Below are positions 13,478-25,512 of a DNA stretch of 50,871 nt, one piece after another. A model generated the notes under the pieces. It saw nothing but the letters and a program-made list of their open reading frames with translations. It made no database searches and was not told where the DNA came from. Source of the stretch: Nemertoderma westbladi (taxonomy: Eukaryota > Animalia > Xenacoelomorpha); NCBI GenBank assembly GCA_032718475.1, contig JAUCBJ010003485.1:1-50871 (forward strand), in the 5' to 3' direction. A program made the position numbers and the translations under genes. The stretch's first letter is position 1. The number at the start of each line of letters is the position of its first letter.

Positions 13478-14637
13478 TTAGTATCCCTTTCAGTCTCACC
13501 ATCATTAATACATTGCTGTAATTCATATATTGCGCGGTCCTGTTTTTGGCGGGATAAAAACCTAACATGTTTAATCAGAAAGAGGATTCGTTTGTTGCCA
13601 TGGAGATTGGATAGTTCCGTTTGGAGGTGGGCGAATCTCTCGCTGTGGACCATGGTGTAGAGTTCGAGAAGCAATTGGACGTGGCGGACAGCTCGGGAGC
13701 GAAGTAAATCGAAGAGAAGGTTCCCCACCTCATGCCACATAATAAGGTAGAATACCATGGGTCCGTAATGGCGGGTGGATTGGAGGAGGTGGAACTGGGA
13801 GGTGAGGACACCGATATCGTGGACGGCGCATTGGTAGACCTTGATGAAGAGTTCATCTGTGGGCTGGAGGTGGTAGCAGAGTTTATCTAACACGTAGTTG
13901 TGTTTCCCGGAAACGAAGGCCTTCGCGAGGTATTCTTTGTTAAATAACTCCGGGGGTTTGGGGAGGAAGCGTCTCGTGTAGGTACCGGGGCGCGCGTATA
14001 ACGCCGTTAGCGTGCGTTCTCGCTCCAACGCGGAAGGTTCGCGGAGATTCCCGTTGGATTCGCGAACCACAATGGTTCGGTCGGACGGACGCAGGCCGTA
14101 TCCCGAGTCCACGAACACAATGGGGGAGTCCAAGAGTCCTTGGATCTCCTTTCCTTCGTGCAGGACGGACGGCGGTTTATCCAAAGGAGGGAGGATGGGA
14201 GGTGGTTGGAGTTTAGTTCGCGCGTGTTCTCTCGCCCGCTCCATCGCCACGTTCAACTCACTCTCAGATAACATGCTTACATTGGGAGCTTTCCGTCCTT
14301 GGGGATGCGACTCCGGCCGGAGTACCTTGTCTAGGTCGCAACCCGCTAGTTCCCGCATTATTTCCTGCGCTCTTCGCATGTAGAACACCGGAATCATGCA
14401 CCGTTCCGCCTCCGTAAACAGCGGATCCTCGCGGTCTTCTTTACTTTTTCTCAGCGCGTCGAACTCCAGGTTTCGTCTGTCGAACTCGAAGTTTCGTCTC
14501 CCGAACTGAATTCGACGCCCTTCGTGTTTGATATCGGGATCCTTCGAAGAATCGCTCCGCATCGTGGCCGCCAAAGAAACACGATGATTTACTACCCCCT
14601 TTCGATTCAATAAACGCGGATACAATACTCTAAACAT
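13471..14637 (-). CDS. MRPS22: Mitochondrial small-subunit ribosomal protein mS22, single exon, ~388 aa
   Basis: Motifs KLQPPPIL, IVFVDSGY..DRTIVVRESNGNLREPSALERER and FHLLQSTRHYGPMVFY match recalled MRPS22. The first ATG (14637; MFRVLYPRLLNRK, presequence-like) is preferred over the TTG used by the ORF track. Confidence 0.9.
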   Translation of the reverse strand: MFRVLYPRLLNRKGVVNHRVSLAATMRSDSSKDPDIKHEGRRIQFGRRNFEFDRRNLEFDALRKSKEDREDPLFTEAERCMIPVFYMRRAQEIMRELAGCDLDKVLRPESHPQGRKAPNVSMLSESELNVAMERAREHARTKLQPPPILPPLDKPPSVLHEGKEIQGLLDSPIVFVDSGYGLRPSDRTIVVRESNGNLREPSALERERTLTALYARPGTYTRRFLPKPPELFNKEYLAKAFVSGKHNYVLDKLCYHLQPTDELFIKVYQCAVHDIGVLTSQFHLLQSTRHYGPMVFYLIMWHEVGNLLFDLLRSRAVRHVQLLLELYTMVHSERFAHLQTELSNLHGNKRILFLIKHVRFLSRQKQDRAIYELQQCINDGETERDTNS

Positions 14638-15214
14638 CGTTTCTGAGTTTATTTCATTACAAGTACCGGGGTGTTCATGAGAGTGTTTAGTATGTAAGTA
14701 TGTTGCCAATTCTACTAAATAATTCAATTACAGATAAAGGAGAGGCCGGGGGGGGGGGGGGCGGGGGGGGGGGGGTCTTGTAACAATAAAAATTCATCCC
14801 TCACAGGGGAAAATCGATACAAATAACATATGATACTCTCAAAAATAAAACTGTATCCGATGTATTCCTAAGGCTAAGCGTACAGCTGTACGGTGCATCA
14901 TGATAAAATTGAACAAAACATTACGGTAAATAATATTTTACTGCCTTTTATTACATAATAAATTATTATTAATATAATTATAAATCGATGCGATTCAATA
15001 TCTTCATATTTTTTAGTAAATTTAATATTTCGTATAACTTTTCCTAAAATACGGTACTTTACACAAATTCAATTCATTATAAATAATTCAATTATTTAAA
15101 ACCTACATCGTAAATGTTCCAAACACATTCGAATGTTGACAGTTTCTTTTGATCGTTGGTACATCTAATAAACAACAGTCAGGGACAGATAATATCTAGG
15201 GGTATCCCAGTATC

Positions 15215-16075
15215 TCAATTATTCTTTGTTTCAGATTTATTTCTATGAATTTCTTCAGCAATACGATCCCTCACACTCACATATTTACGAAAACAATTCA
15301 AATAGAACCTCCAGGGTTTTTGTCGACTAGTCTCGCCGGAAGAATTAATCCCGATCCGAGTGGTCTTTATGACGTCATTCAATACGTCACATCCATCGTC
15401 AGCCACACACAGAGTGCTGGAAGTTGGTAGGAAAAGCCGGTCGATCGATTTGTCGATATGGAATGCGGAGCAGAGTTTGGAAGGTCCGTTACACAGAGCA
15501 TGGGATTTTATTGTCTTACCAGAATCAGCGGTATTAGCGTTATCCCCATCTACTTCAATACCTTTCCCCCGTTTAGAAAGTTTAGTTTTACTTTCAATAT
15601 CGTCAACACATTCTCCTACAGCTTGGGAATGAGTCCGTTTTCTCTGTCTGTAATTCATCCTATTATCTCGCATTGTATCTATAGTGGAGGCCCCCTCTCC
15701 TCCAACGGGTTCCACAGCCCGTATCAGCACTGCCTGCCCTTCCCCCTTACTCGAGATATTAAAGCAATGATACATTCCATATATAACGTATACGTAGGCC
15801 GTTCCGGGCTCCATAAACATGGCGCAGTTCCTATCTGTTTTGCCTTTGTAGGAATGCGATGCCACGTCATCGGACCCAGGATACGCCTCGGTTTCAACTA
15901 TTCTCCCTACAAGTTTGACTCCGTCTTTTATTCTTATAATTATTTTCCCAAGTAAACTGATCGCCAAGTCCACTGCATATTTTTCATAGAATTCAGCAGA
16001 TAGATAACGATAAATAGTATCATTGTCAGGTTTGTTAGTTCCTTCTGTAGTAATATTTGTTAAATTAGACGCCAT
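15215..16075 (-). CDS. MPG: DNA-3-methyladenine glycosylase (AAG family), single exon, 286 aa
   Basis: GRIVETEAY, ASHSY, MFMEPGTAYVYVIYGMYHCFNISS, AVLIRAVEP, LCNGPSKLC, RIGI, PWRFY. Confidence 0.95.
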   Translation of the reverse strand: MASNLTNITTEGTNKPDNDTIYRYLSAEFYEKYAVDLAISLLGKIIIRIKDGVKLVGRIVETEAYPGSDDVASHSYKGKTDRNCAMFMEPGTAYVYVIYGMYHCFNISSKGEGQAVLIRAVEPVGGEGASTIDTMRDNRMNYRQRKRTHSQAVGECVDDIESKTKLSKRGKGIEVDGDNANTADSGKTIKSHALCNGPSKLCSAFHIDKSIDRLFLPTSSTLCVADDGCDVLNDVIKTTRIGINSSGETSRQKPWRFYLNCFRKYVSVRDRIAEEIHRNKSETKNN

Positions 16076-16583
16076 AGGCCTACCTCAATACTGCAGTACT
16101 GCAGTACCTGGAGTATCTCAGTAGGCCCTATCTGTAGTATCTCCAGTTGAAATCAGTTGTCTGGGATGACGACAATTCATCATTCATATATGGTTACCTA
16201 ACAATAATTGTTGGGCTCTTCGGGCAGTCGGGTGGGAGTAGTCGGGCTCGGGCTCGGGCTCGGGCTCGGGGCCAGCCGGCCAGTAACTGCTCTGGACTGG
16301 ACGAATCAGACAGACTGACAAGAGACAACTACTACAGTACAGCAGTACTAACAAATACCCTGTACGTGTACTTACAGACTTACCCGTAGTAGCCTATGTA
16401 CTGTAGTACGTACTGTAGTATTTATTTATAAATACACTGTGATGGATGCTGCTACACAATTATTGACAATAGGGAAAAGGAATAGGCTAAGGCTACCGGT
16501 AATACATAATGCAGTAATGCCAGTGCAGGTGCAGCAGAGTGTGGTTGTTTGTTTTGATTGTCTTATCTTGTAGTATAAAGGAG

Positions 16584-18945
16584 GGTTACGTCGCGTTTCG
16601 GCAACTGTCACGTTTTGGCACCTCAAATTCGCGTTTCGGCAACTGAACAATTACGTTTCACAAACTGCTATAGTTGTGTTTCGGCAACTCGTAGTTGCAT
16701 TTCGGCGAACTGAAGTTGCGTTTTGGCAACTAGGTCACAAACCCTCGTAGTGTAACTGTGACTACATTCGTAAGTAAATGATAAATGATGACAAGTTTAA
16801 AAGTTAGTTATAGTTATTGACGGCAGAGTTGTTAATTGGTCATTTATTTATATGTGTACATTGCCGGTTTGCACATATGGCAGTGAAAAAATATGATTTT
16901 GTGGTCTGATTGATGAATGTGGAATTTTTTTCCACCCGTGACGGTCCGTCCGTGACGCTGGACAGCTGTTATTACTCAACCTAACCTAAAATTAGAACTA
17001 ATCATTGTACGCTCTCCATTTTGGTCTCAAACTGATCCTGAGATATGTCGGATTCTAAATAAAATAACTCTATCTACTGAGTCGAACGCGAGTTGAAAAA
17101 CCAAAATTGAAAAGGGGAATAGATAAACAGTACTGTATGAATTAAATTATAATATATCGAATAAATATGTAGACAATATATGGAATTAATAACATCAGTT
17201 CTACTGTATATAACACGAAATAGTGTTGGAGTAGGCGTGGGTAAAATAATGTAGAATGAAAATGAATAATGGGAAACGTAATGAGGCAAAGGTAATAAAT
17301 AATACTGATTTGCTCTGTCCTATGTTTGATACAATTGATCGTAGTCAAAAAGTATTAATTGGTAATAGTTTCTCCGATGTCTGTCACGTGGTATCTGGAA
17401 CACCTCAAGGAAGTGTTCTAGGCCCAATATTATTTATTATATTTATTAATGACTTACCTGATGCCATTGATCGCCGTGTATCATGTAAACTATTTGCCGA
17501 CGATGTAAAGCTATATGCACAGACTTCAGATAGATTAATACTTAACAAAGCCTTATTAGATTTGGAAATGTGGTCTGCCAATTGGCAACTGCATATTGCA
17601 GCACATAAATGCAGCGTGCTTCACATCGGCTCGGCAGACCGCACTGATTGTCAATATATGTTAGGGGGGAAGTTATTAAATGTAGAAACATCTTGTAGGG
17701 ACCTCGGTATTACAATGTGCAGTAACCTTATTTTTGATACCTATTGTCGTGAACAATCTGCAAAGGCTTTCAAAATGATCAACCTTATATTTAAGTGCTT
17801 TCACACCAACAACCGTAGTGCATTAATTATAGCTTACAAATCTTATGTGCGACCCTTGTTAGAATACTGTACATCAGTGTGGTCTCCGTATCATTTAGGA
17901 AGTATAGATTTAATTGAGCGTGTCCAGCGATATTTTACACGCCGCCTTTTTAAACGTTGTAATTTAGATTGTTCGTTAAGTTATTTAGATCGCCTTACTG
18001 ACCTACAGTTGCAACCATTAGAAGTCCGACGAATAATCTATGACCTGAAGATGACCTTTGCTATATATCATAACGACGTTGACTTAAATACTTCTGACTT
18101 CTTCAGCTTGGCTCCTAGGGCTGGGTTGAGAGGACATGACCGCAAGTTGCACCACCGGCAGTCTCGACTGTTAATGTGTAAAAATATATTTGCGTACAGA
18201 GTTGTTCCTATTTGGAACTGGCTCCCTGCTGAGATTGTTAACTCATTGTCTAAAAGCATTTTCTCTAATAAAGTTAAAGGCCTGAATCTACTTTCTTTTT
18301 GTTATTTTAACCGAGCTATGTGATAAATATGTTTTAATAATAATATAACCAGTTATTGTAATGTTGTCTGTCCTTCATGTTTTTTTTTAAGTGGGTTTTA
18401 TGTACTAAATGTCGAATTTTATCTGCTAATACGTTATTTTTATTGTAAACTATTTTATAAATTCTTAGATATTTTGAACTATTTTAGATTTATTTTAAAC
18501 TATTTTAAAACTTTGTAGATATTTTGAACTATTTTAGATTTATTTTAAACTGTTGCAAATTTGTATGCTCTATATAACCTACCGTAAGTGTACCTGGTTT
18601 ACCGTAAGTGTACCTGGTTTGTTTTTCTCCGGTGTCTTTATTTTAATTAATATTTCACTGTTAAATAATAACAATGCGATGGTGACGTTGAGATTCCACC
18701 ATCTCTATACTGTAGACTCTATACAGTATCCAGTTGGCCTTTGTTTACGAGTTGCCGAAACGCATCTATCAGTTTGCCTAAGCGCATCCTGTTAACAGTT
18801 GCCGAAATGAAACTAGGTATGAGTTGCCGAAATGCATCACTCAGTTGCCGAAACGCAACTTTGTTACCATGTTGCCGTAACGCGACTATGAGTTGCCGAA
18901 ACGCGGTTCTAACGATACTATAAGTTGCCGAAACGCGACAACACC
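16584..18945. mobile_element. Non-autonomous DNA transposon with arrays of subterminal repeats, carrying a nested LINE fragment
   Basis: Repeated GTTTCGGCAACT at 16586-16731 is mirrored by repeated AGTTGCCGAAAC at 18750-18939. Termini GTCGCGTTTCGGCAACT / AGTTGCCGAAACGCGAC. Flanks TAAAGGAG / TAAAGGGAG resemble a decayed 8-9-bp TSD. Confidence 0.75.
17340..18323 (+). mobile_element. 5'-truncated CR1/L2-group LINE, reverse transcriptase C-terminal half
   Basis: GTPQGSVLGPILFIIFIND, LFADDVKLY, RDLGI, YKSYVRPLLEY..VWSP, RVVPIWNWLP. Confidence 0.92.
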
Positions 18946-19146
18946 TAAAGGGAGTAAACTGGTAAAGCCTACTATCAGACTGTACTGATACTGGGATACA
19001 AAGTACGGTACCGTCGTTCTGTCATTGTACAGTTGTACCATAACTGATACAGTGATAACTTCAACTCCGCTGCCAGACTGAATAAAAATTACGGGTAAAT
19101 CTTATCTTACAGTCTTAATCCTGTAATCAACATAAACTGTGAAGAA

Positions 19147-19980
19147 ATGCCGTTAGTAATAATTAGTGGATTCCCGAGTAGCGGAAAGTCGACGAGAGCG
19201 CGACAGATCGCAAAACTCCTACGGGAACATTCTCCGACGGTGTCGGTACATATTGTATCCGATAGTTCCTACATGGAGTGTCCGAGAGACCAACTATACA
19301 TGCAATCCAGTCTGGAGAAGCAACTCCGATCAGCTGTAAAGGCAGAAACTCAACGCCTTCTCTGTAAAAACTCAATCGTAATAGTAGACGCTTTGAACTA
19401 TATTAAGGGTTATCGCTACGAATTGTTTTGTTTAAGTAAAGCGTGTAAGACGACGCATTGCGTTATACATTGCCAGAGCACTAGAGATTTTATGCTTCGG
19501 ATTAATTCGTTAAAAGATGAAAACCAAAGGTATTCCGTTGAATGTTTGGACGCTTTAATTGGAAGATTTGAGGAACCGAATTCAATGAGTCGATGGGATT
19601 CGCCATTAATTTGTGTAACTAATGATGAGGAACTCCCTAGCAACGGAATTCTAGAAGCTGTTCTAAAAGGAAAAGTTTTACCTCCAAATCTCTCTACTCA
19701 AATAGAACCCGTAGCGGCTTCGGACTTTATTTACCTAGTTGATAAAGTAACTCAAACAGCGGTCCAAGGAATGTTGGTTGATCTTAAGACTTGTCTACCT
19801 GGGGATATTCTTAGTATATCGGGTTGTTCCGATAGGGTGAGGCTTGGTAGAGAGGTGAGTCCAGCCGAGCTGAGGACGCTCCGCAGACAGTTTATATCGA
19901 TGGTTAAAAGTAAACCCGCCGCTGATACTCATACCATTCTTAAGCTGTTTGTACATTTTCTGAACTCCAATTTGTCGTAG
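19147..19980 (+). CDS. KTI12: KTI12 Elongator-associated P-loop protein, single exon, 277 aa
   Basis: MPLVIISGFPSSGKS P-loop, DALNYIKGYRYELFC, RFEEPNSMSRWDSPL, LRTLRRQFI. Confidence 0.96.
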   Translation: MPLVIISGFPSSGKSTRARQIAKLLREHSPTVSVHIVSDSSYMECPRDQLYMQSSLEKQLRSAVKAETQRLLCKNSIVIVDALNYIKGYRYELFCLSKACKTTHCVIHCQSTRDFMLRINSLKDENQRYSVECLDALIGRFEEPNSMSRWDSPLICVTNDEELPSNGILEAVLKGKVLPPNLSTQIEPVAASDFIYLVDKVTQTAVQGMLVDLKTCLPGDILSISGCSDRVRLGREVSPAELRTLRRQFISMVKSKPAADTHTILKLFVHFLNSNLS

Positions 19981-20136
19981 GATATACACGTTTGTGTTCT
20001 GGTTATGTATTATTTATTGTTTAGAAAATTAAATGAATGAATTTTCTGACAATAATTAACTTATCCATAAAAAGTTATTACTTTAATTAGGCCTACTTAT
20101 GTTTTTGTAAGAAAAAGAAAATGGTTAGATGTTTAT

Positions 20137-21909
20137 TAGGGCGTTTCAACACTTTTTTCTTATTTTCGTTGCTCAAGTGAAGTTTCCCATTGCATTTCAC
20201 CTCAAAACATATGCAAATTTTTTTCAAAAAATATTAAACTTAAGGGGTGGTACATCAGACCCAAAATATTGAAAAATGACGGCGCGCCTACTTTTTTTGC
20301 ATTTCGACCTGAAATTTTCAAATGTGAAATTTGCAGTCCTCAAGTAGTTTAATTTAATCATGTGGTGATTGTGAAGATTTAATTAAGGAAATTTTTTGAT
20401 GGAGTTGATGCATAGGGGTGGTACAGATACATTTACTTTTTTCAAAAACTGGAAAATTATGAAAAATTGTCACTTATTAACTTTTCAGTTGTCATATATT
20501 AGGTGTTAGATCTATTATATCCAGCCCTCAAGCAGTTTATCTAGTTAATCTTGTTAATGTGAAGTTATTAACACAAAAATTAATTATATGAGTTGAAATA
20601 TAGGGATGGTACAGACACAGTTCAGTAGGCCCAATATTGACATAATTGGGATTGGTAAATGGAATCGTAAGTGTAATAATGTAAGTTTATGTTAATTCCT
20701 AAGGTGAAGGGACAAACACATTTTTTTTGTTCAAATTAAGTTGAGTTTGTCAAAATAAAATGTTATAATCAAGACAAAGACTAATCCTACAAAAATTCAC
20801 AAATATATTTCAAGATTTTCAGGATCCAAACTGTCTACAGATTTTCACAGCATCGCAGATTTCGCGATCAATCGTCACAAAAGAGCTTCACCATTTTTTC
20901 ACTTCTGTTGATCGTACATACCTTATATTTGTCTCATTTGGATCGCAAACGTAATTTTAGTGGGGGTAGACAGTAGACACCATGAAAACAACACAAAAAT
21001 TATTAGTTCTCGAGATATTGCTCAAAAGGTAAATGATAGCTCAACTTACCATTAGCGCATCAATGAGATTAGGAATATTACAAAAAAATGGTGCTTCTAA
21101 TTATCCCACACAATTAAAAATGTGCTCATTCGATCCGCAATCGTCGATTTAGTTGGTGTAGACACCAACTCAAATAACTAGCTATATGTTCTAGAACATT
21201 ATATTATTTGCATTATTTATGCTCTAGAATAGTATATAATACATAATATGTGAATAATAGTGTATAACAAAAGATGTGTTTTGCCCTTCTGAGATCGTCC
21301 GTGATGTGTCTACGTGGTTCAAGGAGCCACAGAAAGGCTGCTGGTAAAGCCACCAAAGCAATCGCTGAAACAGGTTTTCTATCTCTTTCAGCCAGTTCCG
21401 GTATCTATATAATAATAACATGCAAATTAGAAACTCTCAAAATATTAATTTAGTAATATAAACTATTGTTGTTGTGAATTATAACATAATTGATAATAAA
21501 TATATAAGAGGATAGATAAAAAAAGTAAAGAAATAATACATAATATTACATACATAAATAAAATAAAAAATAATAATGTTCTAAAACATATAGCAGTTTT
21601 TTTTAATTTTAAAATAGCTAGTAAATTTAACAAATAATACAATTTGGTACCGGAAGATAAATTTTTTAATAATAATATAAATAAATAAATTTTTTTTATT
21701 ACTAGCTATTTTAAATTTAAAACAGTACTAGCTATATGTTCCAGAACAATAATGTTTTTATTTTATTTTTGTTCTAGAATAGTGTATATTATATATTTTT
21801 TGTTCTAGAACTCTTCATTGTTGCCATGGTACCAATTATTTATGTTATAAAGCTGCAGTTCTATACGGAACTGCTACCGAAAAAAGTGTTTTTTTTTTTA
21901 AACACCCTA
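20137..21909. mobile_element. Non-autonomous hAT-type element, 1773 bp
   Basis: TIRs TAGGGCGTTT / AAACACCCTA; perfect 8-bp TSD ATGTTTAT (20129-20136 and 21910-21917); internal repeats AGGG(G/A)TGGTACA. Confidence 0.85.
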
Positions 21910-22754
21910 ATGTTTATCTGTAGTTAGTAGGTGTATTGCTGGCAGGTGAAATAATTTCCCATAACAACTGCCATGTTTGGTGTGAGTCGTCAGTCCGTCA
22001 AAACATAAGAAAGCACACAGCTTGCTAAAATGCGCCCATATGTGAAGAATGCCAGGTTTTACTTTTCGGTCGAAATTTTATGAATAATTTTATGAGGAAT
22101 TTAAAAAAGCCCCTAAAAGAAGCCCCTAAAATGGGGGTTTTCCTAGTCGGTGATTTTATTTCCGATGCCAGTTGTTATGTTTGAAGATATCTAGTCTATC
22201 TACCTATCAAAATAGAGGCCCCAGATGCCAGATGGACAGACAACACAAAGGGCTTGTTACTGTCAAACGTAAAACTGACATCGGAAACGAAATTACAGTA
22301 CAGACCACGAAAATCTACAAAGTGAAAATCTATTCTGGGTGATGTGATTTCTTTTTTTTGACGGACAAACGTGTCCAACAGTGGCCGGCTGCGCGTCGTG
22401 TGACACAAGACCAAAATTTCCATACCCGGGGCCAGGCCATGATGTGAAGTTGGTGAGTACTTGCGTACTGCCGGCACCCCCCCCCCCCCCCCCCCCCTCC
22501 CCTCCCTGGGAACAGGCCCAAGATAGTACGTTTACTCAGCTAAGGGAAACAGACGTGCAGACAGACTAGTTTTCAGCGAAAATGAAATCTCCCATCGGAA
22601 TATTACTGTAAATCACAAAGAAAACCTCTATGTATGGCAACGATTTAGCTTAATTATTGACACACAATATTGTTAATGTCATACTTACATGGCAATCAAG
22701 GGACAAGTCATTTTGACTCAGGATGATTTCAAGTTCAACTACTGTATTTGTAAA

Positions 22755-22915
22755 TCGAAGTCGTTTACAACTTTGCAGTAATTATATTTCCAACCGTGTT
22801 CTGCCGATGTGGAATTCCTTACCACAACATATTATAGACTCACCAAGTAGAAATATATTTGCACATAGACTTTCATCTCATGATTTGCTACAATTTTGTT
22901 ATTTTAATCGTTTTT
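22755..22915 (+). mobile_element. Short 3' remnant of a CR1/L2-group LINE
   Basis: SNRVLPMWNSLP...LLQFCYFNR parallels the end of the 17340-18323 element (RVVPIWNWLP...LLSFCYFNR). Confidence 0.75.
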
Positions 22916-23331
22916 TTTTAAATATGACCCATTTTTGCCCAATTATTATACAGTAGACCTATGGATTATTTTATTTTTAGTTCGTGTATTAATTAATAAT
23001 ATAATAATTAATTTATTTAATTTAATAATTTATTTAAAAATGGTTTAAAGAAAGTTAGCCCACTCATAATCGCGACTTACTCTGCACCAAGAGTAGTTAG
23101 TAATCGTGGAATGGCGCTAACGGCGTTCCATAGATTATACTCCATTATGGTATTACAGTAGTAGGTTTCTGTATTAATAAAGTATATTCCAATCTGAGCT
23201 GAGCGTTATACAGTACAAATGTAATGTACCGGCTGACCGGTGTTTGAGTACTGTAGGGTTTACTGCATCCTGATAACTCCATTAAATTTAATCATGAAAT
23301 AGTGTTTATAGTTGTTTTACAGTTTTAAGCT

Positions 23332-23500
23332 AGCTCCTGAAATAGTTCCTTTAGTATTTTTAAGGGCCCCTGTTAATTAATATAACATTTTGAAACCAGC
23401 TGATGGCGTTGCTAGGTACCCGGTTTAAAACCAATCAGGAAATAGCAAGGTGTTCTTAACTTAGTTAAGAACGCCTTGGGAAATAGTGATTGTAGTTTTT
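23332..23500 (+). repeat. Dispersed repeat (inverted copy at ~50530-50661), here interrupted by a 33-bp mini-element
   Basis: TTTTGAAACCAGCTG.TGGCGTTGCTAGGTACCCGGTTTAAAACCAATCAGGAAA is reverse-complemented at ~50548-50603. Confidence 0.8.
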
Positions 23501-24172
23501 GGATCTTATCTCTATCAGCTGACAGGTGTCTGACAGTGATATTTTTATCAGCTGATTTATTACTACAGTACTACAGTACTACAAGTACTAAAATAGTAGA
23601 GTATTACATCAACCATTCAACAGCGCTGTCAGGCTGTACATCATTAGCCATTACTGCATTAGGCTATTAAGGTGTGCTTTGCGCATTACAGACAGTAATT
23701 CATGTTATTCGTACAACAGTCTGACAGTGCTGTACCGGCAACTGCCAACTGGTACATACCTGCTAGGTACAGAGGTATGTCAGTATGTAGTCTGGTAGTA
23801 CTGTAGTAGGCTATTCTGCTTCTGCTATTCATTTCCAGCTTTCTGCTGTTCTCAGTCAGGGTGCTGTGCTTGTTTGTTTTTATAGGCCTAGGCTGCTTGC
23901 TGCTAGGCCTACTTCTACTTCTGTACTTCCTCAACACTCAAGCCCGCATTACAGCATTATACATCATACATTGCACCAAACTGACAAATAAAGCAGTACT
24001 TCAGAAAAACACTTAACTCTGTAACTTCACCTGATAACCAGGCAGCCAGGATATTATTCACCTCACCGTCTCAGCTCACATTTACGTCTGTACGTTCCTG
24101 CGATCAGCAGATCAGCTTCTCTCTTTCTGCTCTTCACATCTCCATCTCCGTATCTTCTCCATTTCTTGAATA

Positions 24173-24199
24173 ATGGAATCTAAATTTCAAAAAAGTGAG
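24173..24199 (+). CDS. NUDT5: NUDT5 coding exon 1 (MESKFQKSE)
   Basis: ATG, phase-0 GT donor at 24200 compatible with exon 2. The exon is short, so it is less certain. Confidence 0.6.
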
Positions 24200-24701
24200 G
24201 TTGGTACATTGTCAGATTGTATACCGATACTCGATAACCTCTAGCTGTCTACTACAGACAGACAGACTAACTACTGACATGTACCGTACTGGGGTAGTGC
24301 AGTAGTGCCCTGTTTTCCATACCAGTTTAGCCAGTTACAGAATTGGAGTTACCTGTCTGCCTGTACTTTTACTGTTTTATATAATGTGTTGCTTATTACA
24401 GTATTCCGCAATTCGGGTCAGCAAACAATATTTGACTTTTAGGCTACATTTGTTATTCACATATATGTGTATATAGGCTGATAGGCCCTATTACTGTATA
24501 TTATTAAGTATGCCGCACTTTGTACTTAGAAGTTAGATATAATTGTCAGTCTAAGGGTCTGTGTGTCGATATTCGAGGTAATGCGCGTATGTTGCCTTTT
24601 AAGTCAAGTTTTAGAATTATTGTATTACGGTTCCGCTTCCGCTTACCATTGAGTTATATTTGGCCATTAACAGATTTAATGTTTATTTAATATTTATTTA
24701 G

Positions 24702-24822
24702 CCATTAATGACAGGAGATTGGGTTTCGGTGAATAAAACCTATTACACGGACCCGACTGGAGTGGAACGAACATACGAAACGGTTGAGCGAACGACTCGC
24801 ATTGCTGGAAGCGACACAGATG
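24702..24822 (+). CDS. NUDT5: NUDT5 exon 2 (PLMTGDWVSVNKTYYTDPTGVERTYETVERTTRIAGSDTD)
   Basis: TTTAG acceptor, GTTAGT donor; matches recalled NUDT5 [29 protein letters not shown]. Confidence 0.92.
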
Positions 24823-25512
24823 GTTAGTATTATAGGCCTACTACTGTACTACCGGTACCGTTAGTACATTATTACTGGAAATAAGTCGTGAGACTTTGTG
24901 CGCAATCCCCGGATTAAAGCCCGAACAAAACTTTACTATTTTTGTTCGGGTACCGCTTTACCTGGTTCCTACTATGAGGATGTAACACTAGAGGCGTCAC
25001 TTTTTCACAGCTCTCACGGGCCTCGCAGGTTACAAAGTGGCGAGTGGCGATCCAAACGCTAACCTAAGAAACAAACCAATATTCAGTCGGTACCTACAAA
25101 ATACCTCATATCAAACTCAAAGTTACTTTCTTTACTGTTAGTTCTGTAAATAAATGTTACTTTTTTTCCCTACCAAATACGCCCCAGAGCGGTAGAACAC
25201 GCAATGCAATTTGCAGATATAGGCTAAGGCCTAATACCTAACCAAAAGCTTGTTTTTTTGTAAAACAATAACAATATAAATACCCACCACAGAAATACAA
25301 AAGTAATTAGAAATTAAATGTCATAAAATACAACGCTAAATTATTTTTTACTTCAATATTATAATTGAAACAATTAGAAATCAACCTACATTTGGATAAT
25401 AACGTTTTGAGTAATACTATCGCTAATATTTGTAACACATTTTGTTACTTATTAGTTTTTGTATTTTGTTATGGTACGCGGTTGTTACAAATCTAATATA
25501 ATGTTTATTGTG

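Noticed and set aside
14638-14727. 30-aa N-terminal extension of MRPS22 in the ORF track
   Set aside because: Starts at TTG; the first ATG gives a plausible mitochondrial presequence.
14747-14775. Poly-G/C tracts (also ~5143, 22477, 28494) as G-quadruplex regulators
   Set aside because: They are present, but homopolymer lengths are unreliable and nothing in the sequence supports a function.
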